Part shown: piece by piece, positions 31,891-32,000 of the stretch
How positions within the stretch are numbered: the first letter of the stretch is position 1
How the letters are laid out: every line of letters starts with the position of its first letter
Source of the DNA: an archaeon GW2011_AR10
Lineage (GTDB): Archaea > Iainarchaeota > Iainarchaeia > Iainarchaeales > GW2011-AR10
Assembly: GCA_000830275.1 (NCBI GenBank)
Contig: CP010424.1
Span: 780,001-812,000, forward strand
Length of the DNA: 32,000 bases
Direction: 5' to 3'
Translations under genes and position numbers: made by a program
The notes under the pieces: model-generated
Told to the model about the DNA's origin: nothing
Databases searched by the model: none
The model's input: only the letters and a program-made list of their open reading frames with translations

Positions 31891-32000
31891 ATGAAGGAAG
31901 CCACGCAGGCTGAAATAAACATTGGCATGATTGGGCACGTCGACCACGGTAAAACCAGCCTAGTGCAGGCCTTAACCGGCAAATGGGCTGATACCCACAG
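31891..32000 (+). CDS. Translation initiation factor aIF2 gamma subunit, 3'-truncated at the window edge
   Basis: Hand translation from ATG 31891: [36 protein letters not shown]..., which includes the G1 motif GHVDHGKT. Conserved neighbour of eS6. Confidence 0.85.
   Translation, partial: MKEATQAEINIGMIGHVDHGKTSLVQALTGKWADTH

Overview
Nearly all of this window is the archaeal translation-apparatus gene cluster on the + strand, tightly packed with many overlapping stop/start codons (ATGA, TAATG, GTGA) and GGAGGTG/AGGTGA Shine-Dalgarno sites. Gene order:
- a 5'-truncated rtcB that ends an intein
- a 720-aa Tyr-rich surface protein and a small basic ORF
- uL3-uL4-uL23-uL2-uS19-uL22-uS3-uL29-aSUI1-Rpp29-uS17-uL14-uL24-eS4-uL5-uS14-uS8-uL6-eL32-eL19-uL18-uS5-uL30-uL15-SecY
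- a DUF106/Oxa1-like insertase
- eL34-eL14-uS13-uS4-uS11-RpoD-tRNA-Leu(UAA, with intron)-eL18-uL13-uS9-RpoN-uS2
- a TrmB-like regulator and GluRS
- one small minus-strand coiled-coil ORF
- L7Ae-eS28-eL24-Ndk-dUTPase-aIF5B-eS6-aIF2gamma (3'-truncated)

The cluster lacks adk, cmk, rpoK and eno at their usual positions, and many r-proteins carry Lys/Glu-rich tails. Together with the AT-leaning composition, this suggests a small-genome, DPANN-like archaeon; that is inference only. I saw no CRISPR array, transposase, toxin-antitoxin or recognisable defence genes, so I cannot claim a new multi-gene system here.

What the annotation does not explain:
1. A ~125-residue domain that is about one-third tyrosine, at the tip of the surface protein.
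2. Two long intergenic regions (3945-4474 and 27409-27902), each just upstream of an r-protein operon, packed with near-perfect hairpins. Four of these share a TAGCRAA...TTYGCTA stem base. There is also a ~210-nt three-way nested structure. Stem mismatches are all C-A/A-C on the + strand, which read as G-U on the - strand, hinting at minus-strand structured RNAs.
3. A mutually exclusive hairpin pair abutting the L7Ae Shine-Dalgarno site.

All coordinates and counts were derived by hand from the sequence. No database search was run.
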